A stretch of 64,000 nucleotides of DNA from Bacilli bacterium (GCA_045600585.1 JAZRYE010000004.1:60437-124436), one strand, 5' to 3'; shown: positions 39,513 to 49,851, counted from the stretch's first letter. A program made the numbers and translations. Notes: generated by a model from the letters alone, not told the origin.

Positions 39513-40547
39513 TTAAAATGGATTAACAACGATTTGTCCGTCTTCACAGTTAACTGCTGTAGTTCCAGCTTTCGCAAGCCAGTTACTACCTCTTTTTATA
39601 CGCTTCCATTGGTCTTTTGTTCCTGAATAAACAATCTTAGTAAGTTTCTTACAGTTAAAGAATGCATTAAACTTAATAACTTTAACAGATGTTGGAATTG
39701 TAACAAGCTCTAAATTTAAAGCATTTGCAAAAGCAGCTTCGCCAATGACTTTAATTCCATTTGGAATATCCGCTACCTGAATTTGCATATTTTCAGCAAA
39801 TGAATGACCGCCAATAGATTTAATGTTACTTGGAATAGTTGTCAAACTTTCAGTAGTAACTTGTTCTGATGGATTTAATTTTTCTTCTTTGACTTCGTAA
39901 GCCATTGCATCTTTAATATAGACTTTGTGTTTAAAAGCGACAACATAAACAATTCCTAAAATTAACATTACTAAGAATGAAGCACATATTAAGATTATGT
40001 CGTAATTGTATAAACAATTAACAACTACACCTTCTAGTTGAGCTACAAAGGAAATAAAGAAACCTAAAGCAGTAAAAATACCGCAAAGAATAATTGTGAA
40101 AATGAATATTCCCCATGAATTTTTATATGGATTTTTATAGTGCTTTGATTTACCAAAAGCGATAAAAACAATACCATAAAATAAAGAAATTACTGCCCAA
40201 ATAATCATTAATGAATAAATGACTCCTGAGCCTAAAAAGAAATATGGGAAAACATATTCTATTAATCCACCATACATAGTTGAATGTTCATCCATAAAAT
40301 GGAAAAAATCCAAGATTTCAGATCTCATCGAAGAATTATTCTTAAATAGAAACATTCCTTGAATTAAATCTAGTCCTTTGATGTCGATTACAGTTGATTC
40401 AAATTTGATTGTTAAAACTGGAAATAAAAAATAAATTAAAACTGGAATTGAAGTCGCTAATAAAGATAGCAATCCAGTTAGAATTACTGCAAAGGAATAT
40501 CGATTAATGACTTTAACGCCATTTATTTCTTTTACTCTGTTACTCAT
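39513..40547 (-). CDS. Polytopic membrane protein with C-terminal BspA-type leucine-rich repeat (LRR_5) domain
   Basis: About 5 predicted TM helices in the first ~210 aa. The tail is an LRR (IPSNIKSIGGHSFAEN...IPNGIKVIGEAAFANALNLELVTIPTSVKVIKFNAFFNCKKL). Starts 52 nt after the DAHP synthase stop with no terminator in between. Confidence 0.6.
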   Translation of the reverse strand: MSNRVKEINGVKVINRYSFAVILTGLLSLLATSIPVLIYFLFPVLTIKFESTVIDIKGLDLIQGMFLFKNNSSMRSEILDFFHFMDEHSTMYGGLIEYVFPYFFLGSGVIYSLMIIWAVISLFYGIVFIAFGKSKHYKNPYKNSWGIFIFTIILCGIFTALGFFISFVAQLEGVVVNCLYNYDIILICASFLVMLILGIVYVVAFKHKVYIKDAMAYEVKEEKLNPSEQVTTESLTTIPSNIKSIGGHSFAENMQIQVADIPNGIKVIGEAAFANALNLELVTIPTSVKVIKFNAFFNCKKLTKIVYSGTKDQWKRIKRGSNWLAKAGTTAVNCEDGQIVVNPF

Positions 40548-40599
40548 ATATTTGCGCTTTCTTCTATTTAATAGAATTCACCATTATCTAAAACAAGCA

Positions 40600-41631
40600 T
40601 TAAAGCATGTTATAGATTTCATAGATAAGCTTTTCACTTTCTTCAAAACCTAAGCAACTATCAGTAATTGATTTACCATAAATCGCATCAGGTCCTGCTT
40701 TTTGACATCCGGATAATAAATATGATTCAATCATTAATCCTTTTACCATCTTCTTAATATCTGGATTAATTTTACAAGATTGAACGACCTCCAATGCAAT
40801 GCGATATTGTTCTTCTCCATGTTTACCACTATTTGCGTGATTTGTATCAACAATAACTGCAGGATTTTTGAAATGTTCTTCATTATAAATCTTGCTTAAG
40901 GCTAATAAATCTTCAAAATGATAATTAGGATAAGATTGTCCGTTTTGATCAACATATCCTCTTAAAATACAGTGAGTCAATGGATTACCAGAAGACTCAA
41001 CTTCCCAACCTCGATAGATAAATCTATGAGCAAGTTGAGCAGCACTTACAGAATTAAGCATTACTGTAATATCACCAGATGTAGGATTTTTCATGCCAAC
41101 TGGGATATCTAGTCCAGAAGCTGTTAAACGATGTTGCTGATCTTCAACGCTTCTAGCCCCGACTGCAACATAAGATAATAAATCTGATAAGTAACGATGG
41201 TTTTCACTGTAAAGCATTTCATCAGCACAGCTAAAACCAGCTTCTTGTAACGCTCTTAAATGTAACTTACGAATTGCAATTAAACCTTTTAACATATTTG
41301 GGTCTTGATTTGGGTCAGGCTGATGAAGCATTCCTTTATATCCAGCTCCTGTTGTTCTTGGCTTATTTGTATAAATGCGTGGACAAATTATGATTTTATC
41401 ATAAACTTTATCTTGAACTGCTCTTAACTTATTAATATATTCAATAACAGCGTCTTCTCTATCTGCAGAACAAGGACCAATTATCAAAAGAAATTTATTA
41501 CTTTTTCCAGATAAAATATCTTGAATATCTCTATCGTTTTTTTCTTTAATTTCTCTTAGTTCGTCACTCAAAGGATACATTTCTTTAATTTCCTGAGGAA
41601 CAGGTAATTTTCTTATAAATTTTATGTTCAT
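40600..41631 (-). CDS. aroF: 3-deoxy-7-phosphoheptulonate (DAHP) synthase, class I-alpha
   Basis: KFLLIIGPCS motif and KPRT...GAGYKGM block; 343 aa. Confidence 0.85.
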   Translation of the reverse strand: MNIKFIRKLPVPQEIKEMYPLSDELREIKEKNDRDIQDILSGKSNKFLLIIGPCSADREDAVIEYINKLRAVQDKVYDKIIICPRIYTNKPRTTGAGYKGMLHQPDPNQDPNMLKGLIAIRKLHLRALQEAGFSCADEMLYSENHRYLSDLLSYVAVGARSVEDQQHRLTASGLDIPVGMKNPTSGDITVMLNSVSAAQLAHRFIYRGWEVESSGNPLTHCILRGYVDQNGQSYPNYHFEDLLALSKIYNEEHFKNPAVIVDTNHANSGKHGEEQYRIALEVVQSCKINPDIKKMVKGLMIESYLLSGCQKAGPDAIYGKSITDSCLGFEESEKLIYEIYNML

Positions 41632-41636
41632 AATAA

Positions 41637-42488
41637 TTACTCCTTATTGAAATGAGATCTCCTTTTTGTAGAAATTCTCATTAATTCTTTAATTTGTTCA
41701 ACATCTTCATCTTCAATTGATTTCTTTAATTTTGAAAAAACATTTAAAAATAAATCCATTTGGTTGATAAGTTGTTCTTTATTCATTAAGAATAACTCAC
41801 TCCACATATCTTCGTTGATGTTAGCAATTCTAGTTAAATTTCTAAATGAATCACCAGTATAGGTAGCAAGATGTTCACTATCTTTACAAGTCATTAACGA
41901 TACAGCTATGCAGTGTGTTAATTGAGATAAGAATGCAATCATTTCATCGTGCTTTTCTGGTGATAATCGAGAGATTCTTGAAAACTTTAAATCTCTACCG
42001 ATTGTTTCAGCGAATTTGATTGCTTCTTCACTGTTTTGTTCAGTTGGAGTGACGATGTAATTTGCTTTATGGAATATTTCTGCTTTTGCATTTTTAGCTC
42101 CATAAACTTCTCTTCCTGCCATTGGGTGAGCACCGATAAATTCTACTCCATCAGGTAATTCATCTTGAATTTTATAAATAATACTAGTTTTAATGCCAGT
42201 TACATCGGTGAATATTGTTCCTTTACTAAAGTAAGATTTATAAGTTTTAATCCAACTAATAAATGTTTTTGGATATAGGGCAAATATAATTCGATTAAAA
42301 GAAGATATATATTCTTTATCAAATTTAACCCGTCCTTCTACTATCATTTTCTTTTCAATAGCGTAATCTATATCGCTTTGTTTAAGGGTTATCGCATGAA
42401 CTTCATATCCTTGGTTAGTTAATCCAATTGCATATGAGCCACCGATAAGACCTAAACCGATAATTAATATCTTTTTATCTTTATTCAT
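41637..42488 (-). CDS. tyrA: Prephenate dehydrogenase
   Basis: Rossmann N-terminus IIGLGLIGGS; 283 aa; in the aro operon. Confidence 0.85.
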   Translation of the reverse strand: MNKDKKILIIGLGLIGGSYAIGLTNQGYEVHAITLKQSDIDYAIEKKMIVEGRVKFDKEYISSFNRIIFALYPKTFISWIKTYKSYFSKGTIFTDVTGIKTSIIYKIQDELPDGVEFIGAHPMAGREVYGAKNAKAEIFHKANYIVTPTEQNSEEAIKFAETIGRDLKFSRISRLSPEKHDEMIAFLSQLTHCIAVSLMTCKDSEHLATYTGDSFRNLTRIANINEDMWSELFLMNKEQLINQMDLFLNVFSKLKKSIEDEDVEQIKELMRISTKRRSHFNKE

Positions 42489-43683
42489 AACTAACCTCCG
42501 CTCCTAACTCTTTTAAAATTTCAAAATATTCAGGATATGATTTATTAATTGCTTCATAGTCGTTTATCTTCAAATTCATTTTGCTAATAAGAAGAGAAAT
42601 TGCCATTGCAATTCGATGATCATTATGTGAATCAAACGATATTTTATTATTAAATAATAATTCTTGTTCTTTAATATCAATATAATTGTCACCTATTTCA
42701 ATAGCCACGCCAATTTTTGATAGTTCTTCTTTTATTGCTTCACCACGATTACTTTCTTTGATAGATAAACGATTTGTATTAATGAAGCGTCCACCATGCT
42801 TTAAAGCGGCAAAAACCATTAATACAGGTGCAAGGTCGATGCAATTAGCTACATCAACACGAGAAAATTCTTTATCAAGATTCTTAAAGTATTCAATGTA
42901 TGCTTTATCGCCTTGAAGTGAATTTGGATTTAAACCTTCAATTTCAATTGATGAATCAAAATAATTAAATGCATCAATAAATGCCGCGTTACTATAGTCG
43001 CCCTCAACTTCTAGATTCTTGGATTTATATTTTTGATTGCCTTTAATGAATAAAGAATTGTTTGAAATAGTAATTTCTATACCAAATTCTTTTAAAACAG
43101 AAATTGTAATATCAATATAATTCTTTGAATTAACAGGTGGAATTAGTCTAATTTCACTATCACCATCTACTAAAGGTAAAGCAAATAATAATCCTGTAAT
43201 AAATTGCGAAGATATTGATCCATCTACTTCGTATATTCCGCTTGTTAAATGACCATTAAGAGTAATTGAATTATTGGATTTTATTATATTAACATTTCGA
43301 TTTTTAAATAAATCTTCATAAATTCCGATTCCTCTTTCAATTAATCGAGGGGAACCCATAAAGATTGATTTATCGCACATTGCTAAAGAAATAGGAATTA
43401 AAAATCTAAAAGTCGAACCGGACTCTTCACAGTTAAACATAGGAATTTTATTGATTAAATTTGTTTTTTTAAAATAAACGATGTCTTTTTCTTCTTTGTA
43501 GTTTGCACCTAAAGATTTTAAACAAGATAAAGTTGCTTTAATATCATTGCTATTTGGAACATTAGAAATATAGCCTTTATCAAATGATAAAAACTCTGCA
43601 ATTAGATATCTATGAGCATAGCTTTTTGATCCAATTACTTTTACTTTTCCATTCAGTTTTGACTTATTAATAGAGACTTCCAT
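42481..43683 (-). CDS. aroA: 3-phosphoshikimate 1-carboxyvinyltransferase (EPSP synthase)
   Basis: GSKSYAHR..., 400 aa, two-domain EPSP synthase fold. Confidence 0.9.
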   Translation of the reverse strand: MEVSINKSKLNGKVKVIGSKSYAHRYLIAEFLSFDKGYISNVPNSNDIKATLSCLKSLGANYKEEKDIVYFKKTNLINKIPMFNCEESGSTFRFLIPISLAMCDKSIFMGSPRLIERGIGIYEDLFKNRNVNIIKSNNSITLNGHLTSGIYEVDGSISSQFITGLLFALPLVDGDSEIRLIPPVNSKNYIDITISVLKEFGIEITISNNSLFIKGNQKYKSKNLEVEGDYSNAAFIDAFNYFDSSIEIEGLNPNSLQGDKAYIEYFKNLDKEFSRVDVANCIDLAPVLMVFAALKHGGRFINTNRLSIKESNRGEAIKEELSKIGVAIEIGDNYIDIKEQELLFNNKISFDSHNDHRIAMAISLLISKMNLKINDYEAINKSYPEYFEILKELGAEVSYE

Positions 43684-44112
43684 TTATTTACCTAACAAAA
43701 TATTAATTGCGTGAATATATCCTTTAATTCCTTCTCCCATGACTGTAGCAATACATGCTTTTCGAATGTAACTAACTTGTCTAAAGCCTTCTCTTTTTGA
43801 AACATCCGAGATATGAACTTCAACTGTTGGAATATTAACAGCTTTAACAGCATCTAAAATAGCTATAGAAGTATGAGTGTAAGCACCAGGATTAATCACA
43901 ATACCATCAACCTTATTTAAATAAGCTTCTTGGATTTTATCTACTAAAGCACCCTCATGATTGGATTGGAAAATTTCAACTTCAAAGTTATTCTCTATAG
44001 AGAAATCATTAATTAATTTAATTAAATCATCATATGTTTCAGAGCCATAAATATTCTTTTCTCTAATACCAAGAAAATTAATATTTGCCCCATTAATTAC
44101 TAAAATCTTCAT
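43684..44112 (-). CDS. aroQ: 3-dehydroquinate dehydratase, type II
   Basis: MKILVINGANINFLGIRE...; 142 aa. Confidence 0.9.
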   Translation of the reverse strand: MKILVINGANINFLGIREKNIYGSETYDDLIKLINDFSIENNFEVEIFQSNHEGALVDKIQEAYLNKVDGIVINPGAYTHTSIAILDAVKAVNIPTVEVHISDVSKREGFRQVSYIRKACIATVMGEGIKGYIHAINILLGK

Positions 44113-45344
44113 TTTCTTACCTCCAATATTGCTTCAACGTTATCTTTTATCGACCCATCTCCAGGAATGATGTAATCAGCGGTTTTCTTATATAAATCAA
44201 TTCTTTCAAAATATCTTTTTTCTAGAGATTCAATATCGCTTGATAAAGGACGATCATTTGAGACAATTAATTTATCTAATGAGCGATTTATAAAATAAAT
44301 CTTTCCATTTTGTTTTAATGAATCGATATTTTCTTTTTTTAGAATTGCCCCACCACCAGTAGCGATAACTAGAGATTGCCTTTTTGAAATTTCTTTAATT
44401 ACTTCTATTTCCATTTTTCTAAAAGAGTCTTCTCCGTTTTCTTTTATAAAATCAGAAATTGGACCATTGATCTTTTTAATGATTTCTTCATCAGTATCAA
44501 TAAATTCTCTATTCATAACTTTAGCAAGTTCTAAACCTGTAGTTGATTTTCCGCTTGTAGGCATACCAGTTAAAACAATATTTTCTTTGTTTAATAATAA
44601 TCTTTCAAAGTAGTTAGATATCTCATCAATTTTTACTGGTTTATCGATAAAATATTCCATTGCTTTTACTGCTTGAGCAACAAGCATATATAAGCCAGAA
44701 CAAGATTTGATATTTCTTTCTTTTGCTTTTAAAGTTAAGGCTGTTTGTAAAGGGTTATAAATAACATCAACAACGGCTTCTAATGAATTAAATTTATCTA
44801 AATCAATTGGGGTGGATTCGTTATTTGGAAACATGCCAACAGGAGTTGTATTGACAAGAATGTCAATATTTTCACTATTTTGGTATAGTTCTTCGTATGT
44901 AATATATCCTTCTTTTGCGTTTCTAGATACTTTTAAGACACTTTTTGCTGAAAGATAGTTAGATACACCAAAAACAGTATTTGACGTTCCTCCTGAGCCT
45001 AAAATTGCAACTCTTTTATTTGATAAGGAAATATCAAAATATTTAAGCATTGTAGCAACACCATAGAAATCAGTGTTATAGCCATAGAGTTTGCCGTTTT
45101 TATTAACTATGACATTACATGCATTGAGTCTTTTAACAGTATCATCGACATAGTCTAAGTATTTAATAACTTCTTGTTTGTATGGAATGGTGACATTGAT
45201 GCCTTTAAAATCTTTTTCAATAAGAAAACGATCGAGATCATTTTTACTAATCTCTTTTATTTCATAGCTATATCCACCTAATTCTTCGTGGATAATTTTA
45301 GAAAAGCTATGTCCTAATTTTTCTCCGATAATACCGTATTCCAT
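44109..45344 (-). CDS. aroE/aroK: Bifunctional shikimate dehydrogenase (N-terminal) / shikimate kinase (C-terminal) fusion
   Basis: N-terminus GHSFSK...NVTIPYK...NTDFYG (AroE). C-terminus Walker A GMPTSGKST plus TGGG lid (AroK). Total 411 aa. Confidence 0.8.
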   Translation of the reverse strand: MEYGIIGEKLGHSFSKIIHEELGGYSYEIKEISKNDLDRFLIEKDFKGINVTIPYKQEVIKYLDYVDDTVKRLNACNVIVNKNGKLYGYNTDFYGVATMLKYFDISLSNKRVAILGSGGTSNTVFGVSNYLSAKSVLKVSRNAKEGYITYEELYQNSENIDILVNTTPVGMFPNNESTPIDLDKFNSLEAVVDVIYNPLQTALTLKAKERNIKSCSGLYMLVAQAVKAMEYFIDKPVKIDEISNYFERLLLNKENIVLTGMPTSGKSTTGLELAKVMNREFIDTDEEIIKKINGPISDFIKENGEDSFRKMEIEVIKEISKRQSLVIATGGGAILKKENIDSLKQNGKIYFINRSLDKLIVSNDRPLSSDIESLEKRYFERIDLYKKTADYIIPGDGSIKDNVEAILEVRK

Positions 45345-46438
45345 TAAAAACCTTTCGTTAATACTTCTTCTCCGTATTCATCTTCTAAGAAATCCGCAAT
45401 AACTAAAGCAGTCATGCATCTAATGACTATATTTACTCTTCTAATAATAGCAGGGTCATGTCTTCCTTTAGTAGAAATGACGGTTTCTTCTTTAGAAGAC
45501 ATATTAATGGTATTTTGTTTTAAAGAAATTGATGGGGTTGGTTTAATAACGACATTAAAAGTAACAGGCATGCCATTAGAGATACCTCCATTAATTCCTC
45601 CATTATTATTAGTTTTAGTAACTACTTTGCCTTCTTTAATTTCAAATTCATCATTTGCTGATTTACCAGTTAAGTTAGCAAAATTAAATCCTTCACCAAA
45701 TTCAATTCCTTTTATTGCCCCAATAGCAAACATTGCTTTAGCTATATTTCCTTCTAATGAATCAAAGATTGGTTCTCCTAGTCCAACTGGTAAACCAATA
45801 ATTGCAGTTTCAATAATTCCTCCAATAGAGTCGCCAGAAGAAGAAACTTTATTAATTTCATTTTGCATTTCTTCTTCAATATCAGAAATTATTGGAAAAG
45901 ATTTTGAATTTGCCAAAGCAATTTCTTTTTCAAAATCAGAAAATTTCTTATCTTTGACATTACCAATTGATAAGATATGACTTCCAATTTTTATACCTAA
46001 TTTTTCTAGTTGCTTTAAAACAATTGCTCCACTTGCAACAATTGAAACTGTGATTCTACCAGAAAAATGACCACCACCACGATAATCATTAAAGCCTTTA
46101 TATTTTACATTCGCTACATAATCTGCATGACCCGGCCTTGCTAAATCTTTAATTGCTTCATAATCTTGTGATTTTGTATTTGCGTTAGGAATGATAATTG
46201 TTAAAGGACTACCGGTTGTATAGCCATTAAATGCACCAGAAATAATCTGATATTTATCTAATTCAACTCTTGCTGTTTCAAATTTAGTCGAAGGTCTTCT
46301 TTTAGATAAACATTCATTAATAAATTCATCATTGATCTTAATTCCGGCTGGTAAGCCATCTAATGTTGCTCCAATGTAAGGGCCATGAGATTCACCAAAA
46401 ACCATTACTTTTAGTTTATTTCCAAAAACATTGCTCAT
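45344..46438 (-). CDS. aroC: Chorismate synthase
   Basis: MSNVFGNKLKVMVFGESHG..., GRHDP motif; 364 aa. Confidence 0.9.
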   Translation of the reverse strand: MSNVFGNKLKVMVFGESHGPYIGATLDGLPAGIKINDEFINECLSKRRPSTKFETARVELDKYQIISGAFNGYTTGSPLTIIIPNANTKSQDYEAIKDLARPGHADYVANVKYKGFNDYRGGGHFSGRITVSIVASGAIVLKQLEKLGIKIGSHILSIGNVKDKKFSDFEKEIALANSKSFPIISDIEEEMQNEINKVSSSGDSIGGIIETAIIGLPVGLGEPIFDSLEGNIAKAMFAIGAIKGIEFGEGFNFANLTGKSANDEFEIKEGKVVTKTNNNGGINGGISNGMPVTFNVVIKPTPSISLKQNTINMSSKEETVISTKGRHDPAIIRRVNIVIRCMTALVIADFLEDEYGEEVLTKGF

Positions 46439-47439
46439 AGTAAATCTCCTAACTCTTCAATCGTATATGTTTTTATTTGATAAGTTCCTATTTCATTACA
46501 AACAATTGTGTCGATACCATCGTTTTTAATCTTTTTATCATGAGTTATCAAAGATAAAACATCTTCTTTACTATATTCAACTGATGTTGGTAACTTATAT
46601 TTCTTTAATACTTTTAATAAAACTGGCTTAATTTCTTCATTAACCATATATGTCATTCCAATTGCCACTGCCTCTCCATGAAGTAGCTTGCCATTTGATA
46701 AAGATTCAAAAGCATGGCCTAATGTATGACCAAAGTTCAATGAACGACGAATATTACTTTCTTTTTCATCTTGTTCAACAACAAATTTTTTAATCTGTAA
46801 TGAAGAGATGATTATATCTTCAAGTTTGTCTTTTAATGATTTTGCACTTTTAATTAAATCGAATAATGCTGGAGAAAAGGTTATAGCCATTTTGATTGCT
46901 TCTGCAAGTCCGGCATTAATTTGTCTTTCATCTAAACTATCAAGAGTTTCAATATCAATTAATACTGCTTTTGGAGGATAGAAAGCTCCAACAGGATTTT
47001 TTACCCCCATAAAATCAATCGCAGTTTTTCCTCCAATAGAAGAATCAACCATTGATAAAAGTGTTGTTGGAATATTATAAAAATCAATTCCACGCATATA
47101 TAAAGAAGAAGCTAGACCAGCTATATCGCCGACTACGCCTCCACCCAAAGCTATGACACAATCTCGACGTGAAAATGAATTTTCTAATAAATTAGAAAGA
47201 ATGTATTCTAAATGCTTAAAATCTTTATTTTCTTCTCCGCTAGGAAACACTAATGTATAAGCTTCCTGACATTGATTTTTTAGTGTATCAACAAATTTAG
47301 TTGGAACATTTTCATCATGAACAATCAATACTTTTCTTTCCAATTTCAAATAAGCAGATGCATTAGAAATAACGCCTTTATTAATAATAACGTTATAACT
47401 TGATTGACTTGTTTTAATATTTAGCATCATATCAGTCAC
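46435..47439 (-). CDS. aroB: 3-dehydroquinate synthase
   Basis: NAD-binding GGGVVGD, metal-binding His cluster (HTLGHAFE...LHGEAV); 334 aa. Confidence 0.9.
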   Translation of the reverse strand: MTDMMLNIKTSQSSYNVIINKGVISNASAYLKLERKVLIVHDENVPTKFVDTLKNQCQEAYTLVFPSGEENKDFKHLEYILSNLLENSFSRRDCVIALGGGVVGDIAGLASSLYMRGIDFYNIPTTLLSMVDSSIGGKTAIDFMGVKNPVGAFYPPKAVLIDIETLDSLDERQINAGLAEAIKMAITFSPALFDLIKSAKSLKDKLEDIIISSLQIKKFVVEQDEKESNIRRSLNFGHTLGHAFESLSNGKLLHGEAVAIGMTYMVNEEIKPVLLKVLKKYKLPTSVEYSKEDVLSLITHDKKIKNDGIDTIVCNEIGTYQIKTYTIEELGDLL

Positions 47440-48534
47440 CTATTTTTCTGCTTTGGAATGATATGTTCCCACTACCTTTAAACGGTCACAGAAGGAAGAT
47501 AACTCAGCAATCATTTCTCTTCCATCGCTAGAGAAAGCGTTTCCATCGAGTTCAACGAAGAAATAATAATTCCACATTAATTCTTTCATTGGTCTACTAC
47601 GTAATGTACGCATATTAAAGCCATGGGATCCAATAATGTTTAAAGTTGACGCTAAAGAACCAGCTTCATTAGCAACAGTAAACATTAATATAAAGTGACT
47701 TCCCATTTTTGAAGCACATTCTTTATTCATAGTTTTACTGAAAACAGCAAATCTTGTTGTGTTTGTACTGCTAACATTAATATGCGATTTAAGAATTTCT
47801 AAGCCGTATAAATCAGCAACTTCTTCACTAGCAATAACAGCAATAGAGGCATCATCTGATTCAGAAAGAGCCTTTGCAGCTAAAGCTGTATTTGGATATT
47901 CCACTGTTTCAAACTGATGCTTTTCAATAAAGTCGCGGCATTGAGATAAAGCTTGTTGATGAGACATAACTTTTTTGACATCTTCAAGTTTTGTTCCTTT
48001 TTTTACTAATAAGTTATGATAAACTTCAATTTCAATGACATCATTTACATATAAATTGCCTTGGAACATTAAATCCATGACTAATCCAACATCACCTGCA
48101 AATGAATTTTCAAGTGGTAAGACACAAACGTCACATTCACTTTGTTCAACCGAGTTATAGGCTGCCATAAAACTTGGATAGCCAATTAATTTTGAAGTTG
48201 CAAATAATCTTTTACTTGCAATGTGTGCAAAAGCACCTTCAACTCCACAATAAGCAACTTTCATGCCTTCTAACAATCTTCTTTGATATCTTTTAGATAT
48301 ATTCATATTTGAATTGATAAAATCGATGTATAGATCTTTAATTTCAGAATTAGCAATTAAATCACTATTTCTAGCGATTACTTCTTTTTCTCTAACCTTA
48401 TCTTCAATTGGAAGCCCTAATTCTTTTTTATATTCAGCTACATCTTTAGCAAGTTCCATTCTTCTTTCGAATAGATTTGCCATTTCTTTATCAATTTCAT
48501 TTATTTGTTTTCTTGTTTCTTTTATGTCTTTCAT
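47440..48534 (-). CDS. pheA: Bifunctional chorismate mutase / prephenate dehydratase (P-protein) with ACT domain
   Basis: N-terminal AroQ-class chorismate mutase helix-rich ~90 aa; PDT domain with TRF motif (NTTRFAVF) and ESRP-like motif (RSRPMK); C-terminal ACT domain. 364 aa. Confidence 0.85.
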   Translation of the reverse strand: MKDIKETRKQINEIDKEMANLFERRMELAKDVAEYKKELGLPIEDKVREKEVIARNSDLIANSEIKDLYIDFINSNMNISKRYQRRLLEGMKVAYCGVEGAFAHIASKRLFATSKLIGYPSFMAAYNSVEQSECDVCVLPLENSFAGDVGLVMDLMFQGNLYVNDVIEIEVYHNLLVKKGTKLEDVKKVMSHQQALSQCRDFIEKHQFETVEYPNTALAAKALSESDDASIAVIASEEVADLYGLEILKSHINVSSTNTTRFAVFSKTMNKECASKMGSHFILMFTVANEAGSLASTLNIIGSHGFNMRTLRSRPMKELMWNYYFFVELDGNAFSSDGREMIAELSSFCDRLKVVGTYHSKAEK

Positions 48535-48545
48535 AATTACTTACC

Positions 48546-49727
48546 TCAATAGCTTTCTTTTAACTTTTTAAAAGCTTCAAACGAATTTAGAATTGTCTTC
48601 TCGCTTACACAATAGGCAATTCTTACATAACCTTTTATTCCAAATGAATCAGATGGAACTAAAAGTAAATCGTATTCCTTTGCTTTCTGACTAAATCGAT
48701 AAGCATCATCTTCTAAAGCTTTGACAAACATGTAGAATGCTCCATCAGGATGAATCACTTCATAACCCAATTTGATTAACTCTTTATATAATAGATCTCG
48801 ATTTTTTTCGTAGATTTTAATATCTGATAAATATTCAATAATTTCAGGAATAGCATATTGAAACAAACTTGGAGCGTTAACAAATCCTAATAATCTTCCA
48901 GCGCCTTTCATTCCATCATAAAATTTTTTTATGTTATTCATTTTTGGATTAACTAATATGTAGCCAATTCTTTCGCCAGGCAATGATAATGATTTTGAGA
49001 AAGAATAAATAACGACAGAATTATTATAATAATTAGTCACAAATGGATATTTTGCATCGATATAAATTAATTCACGATATGGTTCATCGCTAATTAGATA
49101 AATATCGTGATTGAATTCTTTTTGCTTTTTACTGAGTAAAGATGAAAGTTTTATGATTACTTCTTCTTTATAGACAACACCAGTAGGATTGTTAGGTGAA
49201 TCAATCACTACTGCTTTTGTATTTTCATTAATCAATGATTCAAGAGCGTTAAAATCAATAATCATTTTCTCATCAGATGGACAAACAACTAATTTGCCAT
49301 TTGCGTTATTAACAAATGTTTCATATTCAGGAAAAAATGGAGCAAAAACAATAATTTCATCTTTTGGCGAAGAAATAATATTTTTAAAACAAATTGTTAA
49401 TCCGGCAGCAGCTCCACAACAAAGATAAATAAGTGTAGGATCAACTTCTGCATTAAATCTTTTGTTTAAATTGTTGGCAATTGCTGTTCTAGCATTTAGA
49501 TCGCCAACAGCGGATGTATAGCCATGAGTAATTGTAGAATCTTGATTATTCAATATTTTTACAAGTATTTCTTTGACTTCTTTTGGAGCGGGAACACTAG
49601 GATTGCCAATAGAAAAATCATAGACATTATCTTCGCCTACAATTGCTTTTCTTTGCTTACCATATTCAAATAGTTCTCTAATAGCAGAACCTTGTTTACC
49701 ATATTGCTGGCATTTTTCATTAAGCAT
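48546..49727 (-). CDS. Class I/II PLP-dependent (aromatic/aspartate) aminotransferase
   Basis: PLP-Lys motif SFSKSLSLPGERIGY; 393 aa; first gene of the aro operon; RBS ggaggag. Confidence 0.8.
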   Translation of the reverse strand: MLNEKCQQYGKQGSAIRELFEYGKQRKAIVGEDNVYDFSIGNPSVPAPKEVKEILVKILNNQDSTITHGYTSAVGDLNARTAIANNLNKRFNAEVDPTLIYLCCGAAAGLTICFKNIISSPKDEIIVFAPFFPEYETFVNNANGKLVVCPSDEKMIIDFNALESLINENTKAVVIDSPNNPTGVVYKEEVIIKLSSLLSKKQKEFNHDIYLISDEPYRELIYIDAKYPFVTNYYNNSVVIYSFSKSLSLPGERIGYILVNPKMNNIKKFYDGMKGAGRLLGFVNAPSLFQYAIPEIIEYLSDIKIYEKNRDLLYKELIKLGYEVIHPDGAFYMFVKALEDDAYRFSQKAKEYDLLLVPSDSFGIKGYVRIAYCVSEKTILNSFEAFKKLKESY

Positions 49728-49799
49728 TAGTCTACCTCCTCCAATAAAAATATTAGTTTAATTTTAACAAAATAAACTAGTGATTAATATAGAGAATTT

Positions 49800-49814
49800 A
49801 TAAGCTAAGCTTAT
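49800..49814. promoter_or_regulatory. 15-bp perfect palindrome ATAAGCT-A-AGCTTAT in the aro-operon promoter region (candidate operator)
   Basis: Seen directly in the sequence about 75 bp upstream of the aminotransferase start codon, between a candidate -35/-10 region and the upstream terminator. Confidence 0.3.
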
Positions 49815-49820
49815 GTTATG

Positions 49821-49851
49821 TAAAAAATAACAAAAAACAGGTTTCCCTGTT
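49821..49851 (-). terminator. Intrinsic terminator of the 49875-50549 membrane-protein gene
   Basis: Minus strand aacagg-gaaa-cctgtt followed by ttttgttatttttt. Confidence 0.5.
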
